Origin: Candidatus Shapirobacteria bacterium
GTDB lineage: Bacteria > Patescibacteriota > Microgenomatia > UBA12405
Length of the DNA stretch: 64,000 nt
Assembly (NCBI GenBank): GCA_041665485.1
Contig: JBAYIT010000001.1
Span: 140,270 to 204,269, forward strand
Reading direction: 5' to 3'
The notes under the pieces are model-generated. The model saw only the letters and a list, made by a program, of their open reading frames with translations. It ran no database searches and had not been told where the DNA came from. The translations under genes and the position numbers were made by a program. Below are positions 16,970 through 26,176 of the stretch, one piece after another (the stretch's first letter is position 1; every line of letters begins with the position of its first letter).

Positions 16970-19429
16970 ATGGGTCAACAGGATAAACAAATAGGTTTGC
17001 CGGCGCAACCTGATGAATTAAGTCAGGCGGCAGAAGTGGCTCGTGGGAGTGTGCAAATAGAAATTCCTTTTGGTGTTATGAGACTTCAATCTGGTAATGT
17101 ATATGTGGGTCTTTGTGGCGGTAATTTGGCAATAAGAGCAAGTGAAGAAGAGTTGACACAAGAAGCAAGAGTAAAACTTGGAATGATGGGGCCGAAAGCG
17201 ATAGAGGTTTTGCCTGGGGTGGCAACAGTTATTCCGGCAATGATTGGAGTTAGTTCAGTTCAAGTGCAAGTAAATGGAGGTGGTATGGCAGAGGTAAAGG
17301 TGCATCATCATGGTGGTGATGGACAGGAACATCACGAGACATACTCTGTTAGTAACTTTATTCGGCTATTTTCGGGTAATAATCCGGCTCTGTCGAGAAT
17401 GGCGGGAACGGCTGATTCAGATGTTTATGTTTTGTATTTACCAGTTAAGGGTGATCCAAGTGCCAGATTGGCCTGTTTTCTAACAGATAACACAGATCCA
17501 AGAGACGTAAGAGCAATACCGGGGACAGCCTTGTTGGGGCCATTATCGAGAGGGGTGGTGAGTCAAGTGTTGACGGAAGGGAGTGGTTTATATCAAGCAT
17601 TTTTGGAGGGAGTATATGCGAGTGAGGGTTTTCCCCTGGCTTTAGCAACAACATGGGAAGGGGTAAGGCCTGATCAGGTGGCAGGTATGAGAGATGGTTT
17701 AATCAGAAGTGCTTTGGGAAGTATGTCGGAGGAAAGTTTTGATGAGAGGAGGAGGGCAGACAGAGAGAGGTTTGCAAACTTACATCATGATAATTTTGGC
17801 TATACGGCGTGGCCGTCTTTGTTGGAAGTTGCCGCTTTGGCAAAAAATTGGGATAAAATAGGTAGATGTGGCTCAATTGAAGAGGCGAGGGCGTTGGGAA
17901 AAAGTCATAGTGTTGATGCTAATGATTTGGATCAACTATTTGTTGAGGGACAGGTTGGCAGGGCGGAAGAAAGACCAGTTCGACGGATAGTAAAAAAAAG
18001 GAGAACGATCAAGCCTGTTGTTGGGCAACAAGTGGCTAAAGTTGAAACAGTGATGGTTGGGCCGACAAAACCACCAGTGGTATTTAAGGCAGAAGTGGTG
18101 GCGTCAGCGGTTGAACCAAGACAAGAAAGAGTTGAGGCGGCAAAGGCAAGGTTGGGAGCGGAGGTTGTTTCAGGTAGTGGCAGGATGACAGAAGATGGAA
18201 CACGAAGTGTTCTTGATTATTTGGTATGGAGTGACGTAAGTGTGTTTAGTGGTGATCCCTTTAAAGGGATAGAAGAGATGGTGAGATTCGGTAATTTTAC
18301 AGGTATAACGGATTATCATCGAGCCAGGTTTCCGTTGGAAATAGATGGTTCAGAAAAGCAAAAGGTTAATTTTGGGTATTATTCTGGGACGGTGAAGTTT
18401 AGTAGACCAGATGGTAGCACTTATGGAATGGATAGCAATTTAATAATAATATGGGGAATAGAACATGCTTTGTGGTGTATTGGATCAGTAGGACTAGGCG
18501 AGGTTTTTGTTGCCAGAGATATTACAATGAGGGACGGTGTGGTTTGTGTTGATTCCTCCAGTAATAGGGTTATGCTAAAGAATCCTCGGGAGGCATATGG
18601 ATTAAAGGATGGTAGTTTAGAAGAATTTGAGAGTCGGTTTCCTTCTGATATTAGGGATAGAGCATGTCGAGCGCTAGAGGGTGTGATGTCTGCGTATTTG
18701 GACATGAAGCTTGAACACAGACGAATGATTGAAAGAGATTTTGGAGATTATCGAGATATTAATAATGGAGTCAGGTGGGGTGATCTTTTAAGAAGGGCCC
18801 AAGAGGGCAATATGGGAGATATTGGGCGAATAATTGGTTGGTACAAACAAGGTGGTTCTGGGGGAAGATCTGAAAGAGATTATAGAGACAGGGGGAGGGA
18901 AAAGGATCTGTACCCAGGATATATTGAAGAAATGATACTTTTAGCGGAAAAGATGAAAGCGACGGAGAAACATGCCGGAGGGATCATGGCGGCATCTTCT
19001 TTGGTGGGCGCAGTGGCGGGTGCAGGGCTTACAGCATGGGTGATGGTTAGTTTGGGTTTAATTGGTGTACCAACCATAGGAGTGGTAACAGGGGCAGGGG
19101 GGATGTCTTTTGGTGCGGGGTTTGCGTTCGGAAAAGGATGGGTTGAGGGAAAAATTGCATTTAGCCCGGGATGGAGATATGCCGGGTTAAGAGAAATTAT
19201 AATTAAGGCAATAGGACTGCGAGAATGTCCGGATCCGGCAACGGAAAGACTGTTGTCTTATTTTGATGCAGGGAAAACAAAAGAAGATGAGAAGGAGTTG
19301 GGGCAGGTTGTTTCTACTGAAACAGTAGCCTCTGAGACTGTTGGATATGGGGCGAGGAGCGAGGGTGATCTAGATGAAGATTTTGGGCGTGGGCAAAAAA
19401 GAAAACAAGCCAGGGTGGCAGGTGCTTAA
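16970..19429 (+). CDS. large hypothetical protein with C-terminal Gly-rich hydrophobic segment
   Basis: 819 aa with His-rich patch HHHGGDGQEHHE and a TM-like AASSLVGAVAGAGLTAWVMVSLGLIGVPTIGVVTGAGG near the C-terminus. Confidence 0.45.
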   Translation: MGQQDKQIGLPAQPDELSQAAEVARGSVQIEIPFGVMRLQSGNVYVGLCGGNLAIRASEEELTQEARVKLGMMGPKAIEVLPGVATVIPAMIGVSSVQVQVNGGGMAEVKVHHHGGDGQEHHETYSVSNFIRLFSGNNPALSRMAGTADSDVYVLYLPVKGDPSARLACFLTDNTDPRDVRAIPGTALLGPLSRGVVSQVLTEGSGLYQAFLEGVYASEGFPLALATTWEGVRPDQVAGMRDGLIRSALGSMSEESFDERRRADRERFANLHHDNFGYTAWPSLLEVAALAKNWDKIGRCGSIEEARALGKSHSVDANDLDQLFVEGQVGRAEERPVRRIVKKRRTIKPVVGQQVAKVETVMVGPTKPPVVFKAEVVASAVEPRQERVEAAKARLGAEVVSGSGRMTEDGTRSVLDYLVWSDVSVFSGDPFKGIEEMVRFGNFTGITDYHRARFPLEIDGSEKQKVNFGYYSGTVKFSRPDGSTYGMDSNLIIIWGIEHALWCIGSVGLGEVFVARDITMRDGVVCVDSSSNRVMLKNPREAYGLKDGSLEEFESRFPSDIRDRACRALEGVMSAYLDMKLEHRRMIERDFGDYRDINNGVRWGDLLRRAQEGNMGDIGRIIGWYKQGGSGGRSERDYRDRGREKDLYPGYIEEMILLAEKMKATEKHAGGIMAASSLVGAVAGAGLTAWVMVSLGLIGVPTIGVVTGAGGMSFGAGFAFGKGWVEGKIAFSPGWRYAGLREIIIKAIGLRECPDPATERLLSYFDAGKTKEDEKELGQVVSTETVASETVGYGARSEGDLDEDFGRGQKRKQARVAGA

Positions 19430-19464
19430 AATATCGGGTGATTTTGTTGATATAATTCCCCTAT

Positions 19465-19605
19465 ATGAAACAAAAAGGAACTTTTCAACCAAAAAAGAAA
19501 AAGAGAGTTAGAGTCCATGGCTTTATGAAGCGGATGGAAACCCAGGATGGGCGGAACGTGATTAAAAGGAGACGGGTGAAGGGCCGGGCCAAACTAACGG
19601 TGTAG
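19465..19605 (+). CDS. rpmH: 50S ribosomal protein L34
   Basis: Translation of 19465-19602 gives [46 protein letters not shown], which matches L34; it is below the track's 60-aa cutoff; sits just upstream of rnpA. Confidence 0.85.
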   Translation: MKQKGTFQPKKKKRVRVHGFMKRMETQDGRNVIKRRRVKGRAKLTV

Positions 19606-19608
19606 TAC

Positions 19609-19980
19609 ATGGCATTAAAAAAAGCATACCGATTAAAGAAAAAAAAGGAATTTGAGGAGGTTCGAGAGAAAGGCCGTGTTTGGCATGGGCCAAAAATAAG
19701 CCTGGCGGTGTTAGAAAAGGATGAAGGAGGAATGAGGGTGGGAGTGGTGGTGTCGAAAAAGGTTGATAAAAGAGCGGTGGAAAGAAATCGATTAAGAAGG
19801 CTAGTGGCTGAAGTGTTCAGAAAAAATTGGAAGGTTTGGGGGAAGCAAAATCGGTGGTTGGTGGTGATTGTGAGGAGGAATCAGTTGAATTTGAAAGAGA
19901 TGGAGGAGGAAATTGCGGGATTGCTTCGTCCTCCGAAAGCTTTCGGAGTCCTTCCGTCTGAGCCGGACGCGGCGCAATGA
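19609..19980 (+). CDS. rnpA: ribonuclease P protein component
   Basis: Conserved rpmH-rnpA order; basic RnpA motif KKVDKRAVERNRLRRL. Confidence 0.85.
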   Translation: MALKKAYRLKKKKEFEEVREKGRVWHGPKISLAVLEKDEGGMRVGVVVSKKVDKRAVERNRLRRLVAEVFRKNWKVWGKQNRWLVVIVRRNQLNLKEMEEEIAGLLRPPKAFGVLPSEPDAAQ

Positions 19981-19992
19981 CGCAACTTAGTT

Positions 19993-20196
19993 ATGAAACA
20001 AATAATATTAAAAAGTTTAAAGTTTTATAAAAGATATTTATCTTTTGGTAATCATTGCCGGTTTGATCCGAGTTGTTCGGTGTATGCCTACCAGGCGGTG
20101 GAAAAATATGGGGTAATAAGGGGGTTGTGGCTGGGGTTGGTGGGTTTAGTACATTGTCACCCGTGGAGCAAAGGGAATGATAGAATAGCCCTATGA
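19993..20196 (+). CDS. yidD: membrane protein insertion efficiency factor YidD
   Basis: CRFDPSCSVYAYQAV...HCHPW motifs. Confidence 0.8.
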   Translation: MKQIILKSLKFYKRYLSFGNHCRFDPSCSVYAYQAVEKYGVIRGLWLGLVGLVHCHPWSKGNDRIAL

Positions 20197-20990
20197 ATTT
20201 ACTAATTGCTCCGTTTGTGAACGCTTTGTTTGGATTGTATTATTTGACGGGAAATTTAGGGTTGGCAGTAATTTTGGTGACGGTGATTATTAGGGTATTA
20301 CTTTTTCCCTTAGTTCTCCCCTCTTTTAAATCAGCCCAGAAAATGCGGGAGTTGCAACCAAGGTTGAAGAAGTTGCAGGAAAAATATGCCGGAGACAAAG
20401 AAGGATTAGCCAAGGCGCAGATGGATTTCTATAAGCAAGAAGGGGTAAACCCGCTGGGAGGTTGTTTGCCACAATTGGCACAAGTGGCTATATTGATAAT
20501 TTTTTTCTCGGCCTTTAATTTGGTGACCGGATTTAGTGAGGGGAAAAAGACAATGGTGGAAATCAACCAACAGTTAATCCCCTCTTTTCAAATAAAAGAC
20601 GATTTTAAATTTGATGTAAATTTCTTGGGCAGTGATTTAAGAGAAACGCCGGCGAAGATTTTTCAGAAAGGGATAGGAATCTGGTTAGTGGTGCCTTTGT
20701 TTATGTTGCTGGGATCGGGAGTGTTGCAGTATTTGGGAGCGAAGCTTATGTTGCCTGGTGGCAACAAGTTATCAGTTACGAGTGATCAGTTACGAATTAA
20801 AGAAAAAGAGGAAGAGAAACCGAAATCTGACGATATGCAGGAGATGATGAGAACGCAGACAATGTATATGATGCCGTTAATGACGATATTTATTGGCTGG
20901 AGCTTTAGTATTGGAATACTTCTATATTGGTTTGTGAACAGTGCTGTCATGACGGCGCAACAGGTGTGGGTGAATGGGAAGAAGAATTAA
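20193..20990 (+). CDS. yidC: YidC/Oxa1-family membrane protein insertase (short form)
   Basis: Position after yidD; YidC core LLFPL...Q.KMRELQP....L.EKY; in-frame AGTTACGA repeat at 20764-20793. Confidence 0.8.
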   Translation: MNLLIAPFVNALFGLYYLTGNLGLAVILVTVIIRVLLFPLVLPSFKSAQKMRELQPRLKKLQEKYAGDKEGLAKAQMDFYKQEGVNPLGGCLPQLAQVAILIIFFSAFNLVTGFSEGKKTMVEINQQLIPSFQIKDDFKFDVNFLGSDLRETPAKIFQKGIGIWLVVPLFMLLGSGVLQYLGAKLMLPGGNKLSVTSDQLRIKEKEEEKPKSDDMQEMMRTQTMYMMPLMTIFIGWSFSIGILLYWFVNSAVMTAQQVWVNGKKN

Positions 20991-21020
20991 GAGATAAGAA
21001 TCAAGTATAATTTCTCGTGT

Positions 21021-22835
21021 ATGCGCGAAACCCCTGTGGGAAAGATTCCGAATGTAGTGCCTGAAGGTACGACGTTGGCCGTTGACAGAGTACCTCCAAT
21101 TGCCATTTCATCTGAGGCGATAAGGCTTACACCAAAACTAGTTCCACTTGATGGTGCTACTCTTTTTGACCTACTTGCTGGTAAATCTGCTTTTATCGAA
21201 GCTTGCAAGAGACGGTGTTATAGTGGCACGTATGATGACTCGGATTTGAGTGTATATTCGGATGAGATGGCTGCCTTGTTGTCATCAGGCGGACAACTTG
21301 TTGATGGGGTGACGGCAACAAGTTCTACTGGCCGGGAGGTTGACGCTCTTGAAATTATGAGAAGGTCTACTTTAGGGGTAATTGCCGGCCATCTACCTAA
21401 CTTACAGGAAGATTTAAAATTTATGGGTAACAGTGTTCCACTAATGGTGGTGAGTCGTAGGTTGCTTAAAGAGAGTGTGGAAGACGCTAGGTTGTTTGAA
21501 GAGGCTTCGGCTAAAGGTGTTTATGTTCCCCCATCGCTTTTGCAGACGGCTTCTAGCCGTATGGATATCGACCTTGGTTCTCATGTGAACGTAGCTTATC
21601 CACCAAGATTTTTAGCTGATTTATATTCCTACGCACATGAGTTAGGTCATCATGTGGAAAGAACGATTAGGCTAAATAACACTGAGAGGCCAGAAGATAT
21701 GGATTTAGCGGTGAAGGATGAGGAGGTTTTAGCTTGGCAGTATGCCGATGAAATATTTGCCGACTTGACAGGCGCACTAGGGGTAGATATGGAACCATAT
21801 AACGTGATGTTGCTAAGGTTTACCGCTTTAGCATCTCGATTTACTTATCACCAATCTGAATTTTTTTCGCTTATTCAGGACTACAATCGTCGGGGTAGGT
21901 GGGGAGGTTTAGAAGGAGAGAGACTCTCAGAACTGGTGCGCGTATTAAGACGATCTGAGCGTTTGGGTGAGAGGGTACATGCTAGGATAAGCGAAAGGTC
22001 ATTTGATATCAGTGGAGTGAGGGAGGAGGATTTTCTGGCTGCATACGATGTGCTTGAGAGGTATTTTACTGCTTTAAATCAAGGGGGTGAGGTTACGAAT
22101 CGGGAGACATTTGAGTTTGCTGATCGGAGGTCATCAATCGAGGCTGGGGATCCTAGTGCCCTTCAGGATTTACAAGGTTTTTTAATTTTGCATTACTATG
22201 GCGAACAAGTACTTGAGACGAGAACCGCAAGTTCACTTGGTGACTTGGCAAGCGGATATGTGGATGTTGAACCAGTTGGTTCTTTTTTAGTGAGAAGTGG
22301 TGTTTACTCAAAACTTAGACCGATGGATGCGATACTGGCCAGTGGTAGAAAGTCCCCATTTTTTGTTGAAGTGGCGGACGACAAGGGTGGAAAATGGATA
22401 AGTATTAGAAATCCTCGGGAGTTTGTCGAGTTTCATTTTTGTCCATTTGCAACTTTAAATAATGTAGAAAACCCCGAACTTACGCTACCTATGTTGGCCA
22501 TGTGTGTTGCTGACTTTAGATCTTTACTCGAGATATTGAACAATACTCGTAAAAGCGATAGACCAGACCATGTTGTAACCTATGCTGCGACCAAAAATTC
22601 GAGGATTGTAAATCTTGCAAGAAAAATGGGTTTTGGAACAGCCAGGGTCCATTATGGTGGGAGTGATTCCGATCAAACCATACTTTATGTGTCAATAAAA
22701 AATCTTCTTGAAGGGTTTGAACAAAAGACAGAATCTCTTGATAGAACCCAAGCCATTATTACAAGAAGAGGCTGGAGTGTTGAACGAGCACGTAAGTTGG
22801 CTATTACAAGCCTGGCAAAAAACATTGTTAACTAA
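21021..22835 (+). CDS. hypothetical protein with HExxH zinc-metallopeptidase-like motif
   Basis: 604 aa; YAHELGHHVERT contains HExxH; inserted between yidC and jag, which are usually adjacent. Confidence 0.45.
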   Translation: MRETPVGKIPNVVPEGTTLAVDRVPPIAISSEAIRLTPKLVPLDGATLFDLLAGKSAFIEACKRRCYSGTYDDSDLSVYSDEMAALLSSGGQLVDGVTATSSTGREVDALEIMRRSTLGVIAGHLPNLQEDLKFMGNSVPLMVVSRRLLKESVEDARLFEEASAKGVYVPPSLLQTASSRMDIDLGSHVNVAYPPRFLADLYSYAHELGHHVERTIRLNNTERPEDMDLAVKDEEVLAWQYADEIFADLTGALGVDMEPYNVMLLRFTALASRFTYHQSEFFSLIQDYNRRGRWGGLEGERLSELVRVLRRSERLGERVHARISERSFDISGVREEDFLAAYDVLERYFTALNQGGEVTNRETFEFADRRSSIEAGDPSALQDLQGFLILHYYGEQVLETRTASSLGDLASGYVDVEPVGSFLVRSGVYSKLRPMDAILASGRKSPFFVEVADDKGGKWISIRNPREFVEFHFCPFATLNNVENPELTLPMLAMCVADFRSLLEILNNTRKSDRPDHVVTYAATKNSRIVNLARKMGFGTARVHYGGSDSDQTILYVSIKNLLEGFEQKTESLDRTQAIITRRGWSVERARKLAITSLAKNIVN

Positions 22836-22862
22836 ATTCGTTGTTGTGTTAGAATAGCCTCA

Positions 22863-23333
22863 ATGGACAACAAAGAAAGAAATGAAAAAATTTTGGCGTT
22901 AACGTGTGAGTTGTTGGGAAAGATGAATTTTGAGATGGAAAATGCTTTTGTGGAAGATGTGGAAGGCGAAGAACCACAGGTGCTGGTGGGAGTTGAAGTA
23001 GCAAATCCAGGAAGCTTGATTGGTTTTAAGGGACGGAATTTGGCGGCGGTGCAATTGATTTTGAGCTTGATGGTGAAAAAATCGCTGGGAGAATGGGTGA
23101 GAGTTCTACTTGACGTAAATAATTACAGGCAAGAGCAGAGAATGAGACTAGAGACGATGTCCCGAGATTTGGCTAAGAAAGCAATAGAAACAGGCAAGCC
23201 GGTGGCGATGATGACAATGAGCCCGTATGAAAGGCGGATTTGCCACGTGGTGCTGACGGAAACAGAAGGAGTGACGGGAGAGTCGGAGGGAGAAGGAGAA
23301 GAGAGACATATCGTAATTAAACCTACTGTTTAA
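22863..23333 (+). CDS. jag: Jag/KhpB-like KH + R3H domain RNA-binding protein
   Basis: R3H motif ERRICHVVL; position within the rnpA-yidC-jag cluster. Confidence 0.8.
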   Translation: MDNKERNEKILALTCELLGKMNFEMENAFVEDVEGEEPQVLVGVEVANPGSLIGFKGRNLAAVQLILSLMVKKSLGEWVRVLLDVNNYRQEQRMRLETMSRDLAKKAIETGKPVAMMTMSPYERRICHVVLTETEGVTGESEGEGEERHIVIKPTV

Positions 23334-23356
23334 TTACGAAATTTTTAATTTGAAAT

Positions 23357-24667
23357 TTGAAATTTTTAATCAATTTAAAATTTTTAATTTTAAAATTAGA
23401 TTGGAATAAGTGGTTGTGGGTGGTTTGGTTGTTGCTGGTGCCGACGCAGTTGGGAAAACATTTTTGGCCGGAGTGGAGCTTGGTGGCGGGAGTAAGGGTG
23501 GACTATCTATCACCTACTTTGTATTTGGGGGACATTATTTGGGTTTTGCTCGTAATTTTTAATTTGAAATTTGTCCGTCTGAGACGGACTTCGCTTCGCT
23601 TCGAAATTATTAAATTAATTAAAAGCAGGAAGTTTTGGGTGGGGGTGGTTTTAGTAGTGATAAATATTTTGGTGGCGGGGAATAGATGGGAGGCAATTTA
23701 TAGGTGGATAAGAATAGGACAGGTTTTAATTAGTTTAAAGTTTATCAAGTTTAAAGTTTATCAAGTTAGGTGGTATTTGTTGTGGATAATACCGATTTGG
23801 ATAGTGGTGGAGAGTTGGTTGGGATTGGCGCAAGTGGTGAATGGGGGAAGTTTGGGAGGGATTTGGTGGTGGCTAGGAGAAAGAAGATTTGCTTTGGGAG
23901 GAATAGGATTGGCGGAATGGCAGGTGGCGGGAGAAAACATAATTAGAGCTTATGGGACATTCTCTCACCCTAATAGTCTCGCCGGTTTTCTTTTAGTATC
24001 GTTGATTTACTGGCTAGGAATCTACGAATCTAGGAATCTAGGAATTAAGAATTTTTATAAATGGACAGTTTTATGGAGTGGGGTTTTGGGAATAGTTTTG
24101 AGTGGAAGTAGAGTAGTTTGGGGAGTGGGAATAATTATTCTCATAATTTCTAATTTCCAATTTCTAATTTCTAAAAAAAATATTAATTTAAGAAAAATAA
24201 TAGGTTACTTAGGAGTGGGATCGGGGGTAATAATATTAATTTTAGGTTTGATTTCAATAAATTATAGAGTTGGGGATTTTGTGGGAGGGTGGGATAGAAA
24301 CTCAATAGATAAAAGATTGGAATTAGCGAGGCAGGCGGGGGCAATGATAAAGCTTAATCCCCTATTTGGGGTTGGGGCGGGGAATTTTTTGGTGGCTCAG
24401 CCAAGGTTTGAGATTGAAGGACAAGGGAGATGGAGACAGCCGGTGCATAATATATTTTTGTTGTGGCTTAGTGAAATGGGAATAATTATTACGATTTATA
24501 TAATCCACAAATTACAAACCTACAAGTTCCAAACAAATTTCAAAAAACAATTTCCAAATTACAAATTAGTGATTATGGGGGTGATAGCCATAACGGGGAT
24601 GGTGGACCATTATTGGCTGACATTGCCACAAAACTGGTGGCTGTTGGCGATAATGTTGGCGGTTTAA
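23357..24667 (+). CDS. O-antigen ligase/polymerase-family polytopic membrane protein (start uncertain)
   Basis: Ten or more TM helices and the loop GVGAGNFLVAQPRFEIEG...HNIFLLWLSEMGII typical of WaaL/Wzy-like proteins; the first ~15 track codons are coded by an A/T word repeat; three further word repeats lie in-frame. Confidence 0.6.
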   Translation: MKFLINLKFLILKLDWNKWLWVVWLLLVPTQLGKHFWPEWSLVAGVRVDYLSPTLYLGDIIWVLLVIFNLKFVRLRRTSLRFEIIKLIKSRKFWVGVVLVVINILVAGNRWEAIYRWIRIGQVLISLKFIKFKVYQVRWYLLWIIPIWIVVESWLGLAQVVNGGSLGGIWWWLGERRFALGGIGLAEWQVAGENIIRAYGTFSHPNSLAGFLLVSLIYWLGIYESRNLGIKNFYKWTVLWSGVLGIVLSGSRVVWGVGIIILIISNFQFLISKKNINLRKIIGYLGVGSGVIILILGLISINYRVGDFVGGWDRNSIDKRLELARQAGAMIKLNPLFGVGAGNFLVAQPRFEIEGQGRWRQPVHNIFLLWLSEMGIIITIYIIHKLQTYKFQTNFKKQFPNYKLVIMGVIAITGMVDHYWLTLPQNWWLLAIMLAV

Positions 24668-24681
24668 GTTAAAATACAGAC

Positions 24682-25893
24682 ATGTGGGCGACAATTTGGA
24701 ATACCGGAGTACAGGTGGGAGGGAAAGTAACGACGGGTTTGTTGGGCCTGGTGGCAACAATGCTTTTGACCCGGGGTTTGGGGGTGGAGCATTACGGGCA
24801 GCTGTCGCTTATTACTGCCTTTTTGGTGTTTTTGGACACGCTGGCGGATTTTGGAACAAGATTGATTGGAGTAAGGGAGATGGCTAAGAATCAAGAGGGG
24901 GTGTGGAGCCAGATGGTGTGGTTGAGAGTTATAACAACGGGATTAGCTTTTGGCTTGGGGGTGGTAGTAATTGGCTGGTGGCCGGGGTTTGAAGGGGTGA
25001 GAGGAGAGGCGATAGTGGCAATAATGATGGTGTGGCTGACAATGTTGGCCGGCAACCTAGAGATGGTGTGGCAGGCAAAACTCCGGATGGGAATGAAGGT
25101 AATGGGCGAAGTGTTGTTTTCGGTGCTGATTTTGGTGTTTTTATATCTATTTAGGATAGAGATTAACTTGATGTTGGTGATGGAAATATACCTGATAGCG
25201 AGAATTTTGAGCTTGGTGGTGGCGACGGGTTGGCTTAATAAACTCACTGGAGTGAGCAGGATTGAAAAATGGCAAAAAGACGACCTGGGACGACTGTGGA
25301 GGGAGGTTTGGCCAATGGGAGTGTATCTACTGATCTTTGCGGCTTATGACCGAGTGGTGGACTCACTGATGATTGAAAGATTTTTGGGGATAAGGGAGGT
25401 GGCCTGGTATGGACTGGCTTATAAGATGTATGCGGTGTTGATTATGCCGGCTTATTTTTTAATGGGAAGTGTGTTTCCCCTACTAGCCAAGGGTGGCAAT
25501 AATAAAGAAGCTGAAAAGAAAGTTAGGTGGTTGCTGATGGCCGGAGCAATAGGAGTAATTTTAGTGGTGGAACTCTTGGCGCCGATAATGGTGGCAATTA
25601 TGGGTGGAGACAGCTACTGGCCAACAATTGGGGTATTGCGGGGATTGATGGTGGCGCTGTTTTTTGCTTATAACAACCATTGGTTAGGGTTTAAGTTAAT
25701 AGCGAGGGGCGAACAGAAGCTAGTGTTAAAGGCAGGCCTGGTGGCGTTGACAGTGAATTTTGTAGGAAATTTATGGGCAATACCGAGGTTTGGAATTATG
25801 GGAGCGGTGGCAGTGACCGGATTGACGGAGTTGGTGTCGAGTGTGGTACTTATGGGTAGAGATAAGAACACAGAGATAAGAAATAAGAGATAA
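24682..25893 (+). CDS. Wzx-like polysaccharide flippase (MOP superfamily)
   Basis: Twelve-TM protein with Polysacc_synt-like N-terminus LLGLVATMLLTRGLGVEHYGQLSLITAFLVFLDTLADFG; its C-terminus RDKNTEIRNKR is coded by the GAGATAAGAA repeat. Confidence 0.7.
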   Translation: MWATIWNTGVQVGGKVTTGLLGLVATMLLTRGLGVEHYGQLSLITAFLVFLDTLADFGTRLIGVREMAKNQEGVWSQMVWLRVITTGLAFGLGVVVIGWWPGFEGVRGEAIVAIMMVWLTMLAGNLEMVWQAKLRMGMKVMGEVLFSVLILVFLYLFRIEINLMLVMEIYLIARILSLVVATGWLNKLTGVSRIEKWQKDDLGRLWREVWPMGVYLLIFAAYDRVVDSLMIERFLGIREVAWYGLAYKMYAVLIMPAYFLMGSVFPLLAKGGNNKEAEKKVRWLLMAGAIGVILVVELLAPIMVAIMGGDSYWPTIGVLRGLMVALFFAYNNHWLGFKLIARGEQKLVLKAGLVALTVNFVGNLWAIPRFGIMGAVAVTGLTELVSSVVLMGRDKNTEIRNKR

Positions 25894-26176
25894 GAAGCAA
25901 GATTTTGATATATTTCTCTGTTTGATGTAATGACAGTTTTATGGTGAGGTTGGGACGGTTTTTTGAGTTGAGAAAACAAGTTTTTAAGCATTGCCGATTT
26001 CAACGAGATTGCTTCGCTACGCTCGCAATGACGTTATTGAGGTTATGACGGATTTTTCACGTTCCGACCAGATACTTTGATGGAGTAAGAACAGATTGAT
26101 AAGATAATTACCGCATAATCCCCTTATTATCCCCGCAGGTAACTCAATGCCGATTTAATTTGGCTAAAATGGAGAC

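Noticed and set aside
20987-21208. 73-aa minus-strand ORF between yidC and the HExxH protein
   Set aside because: It overlaps the 5' end of the 604-aa plus-strand CDS and has a low-complexity translation; probably spurious.
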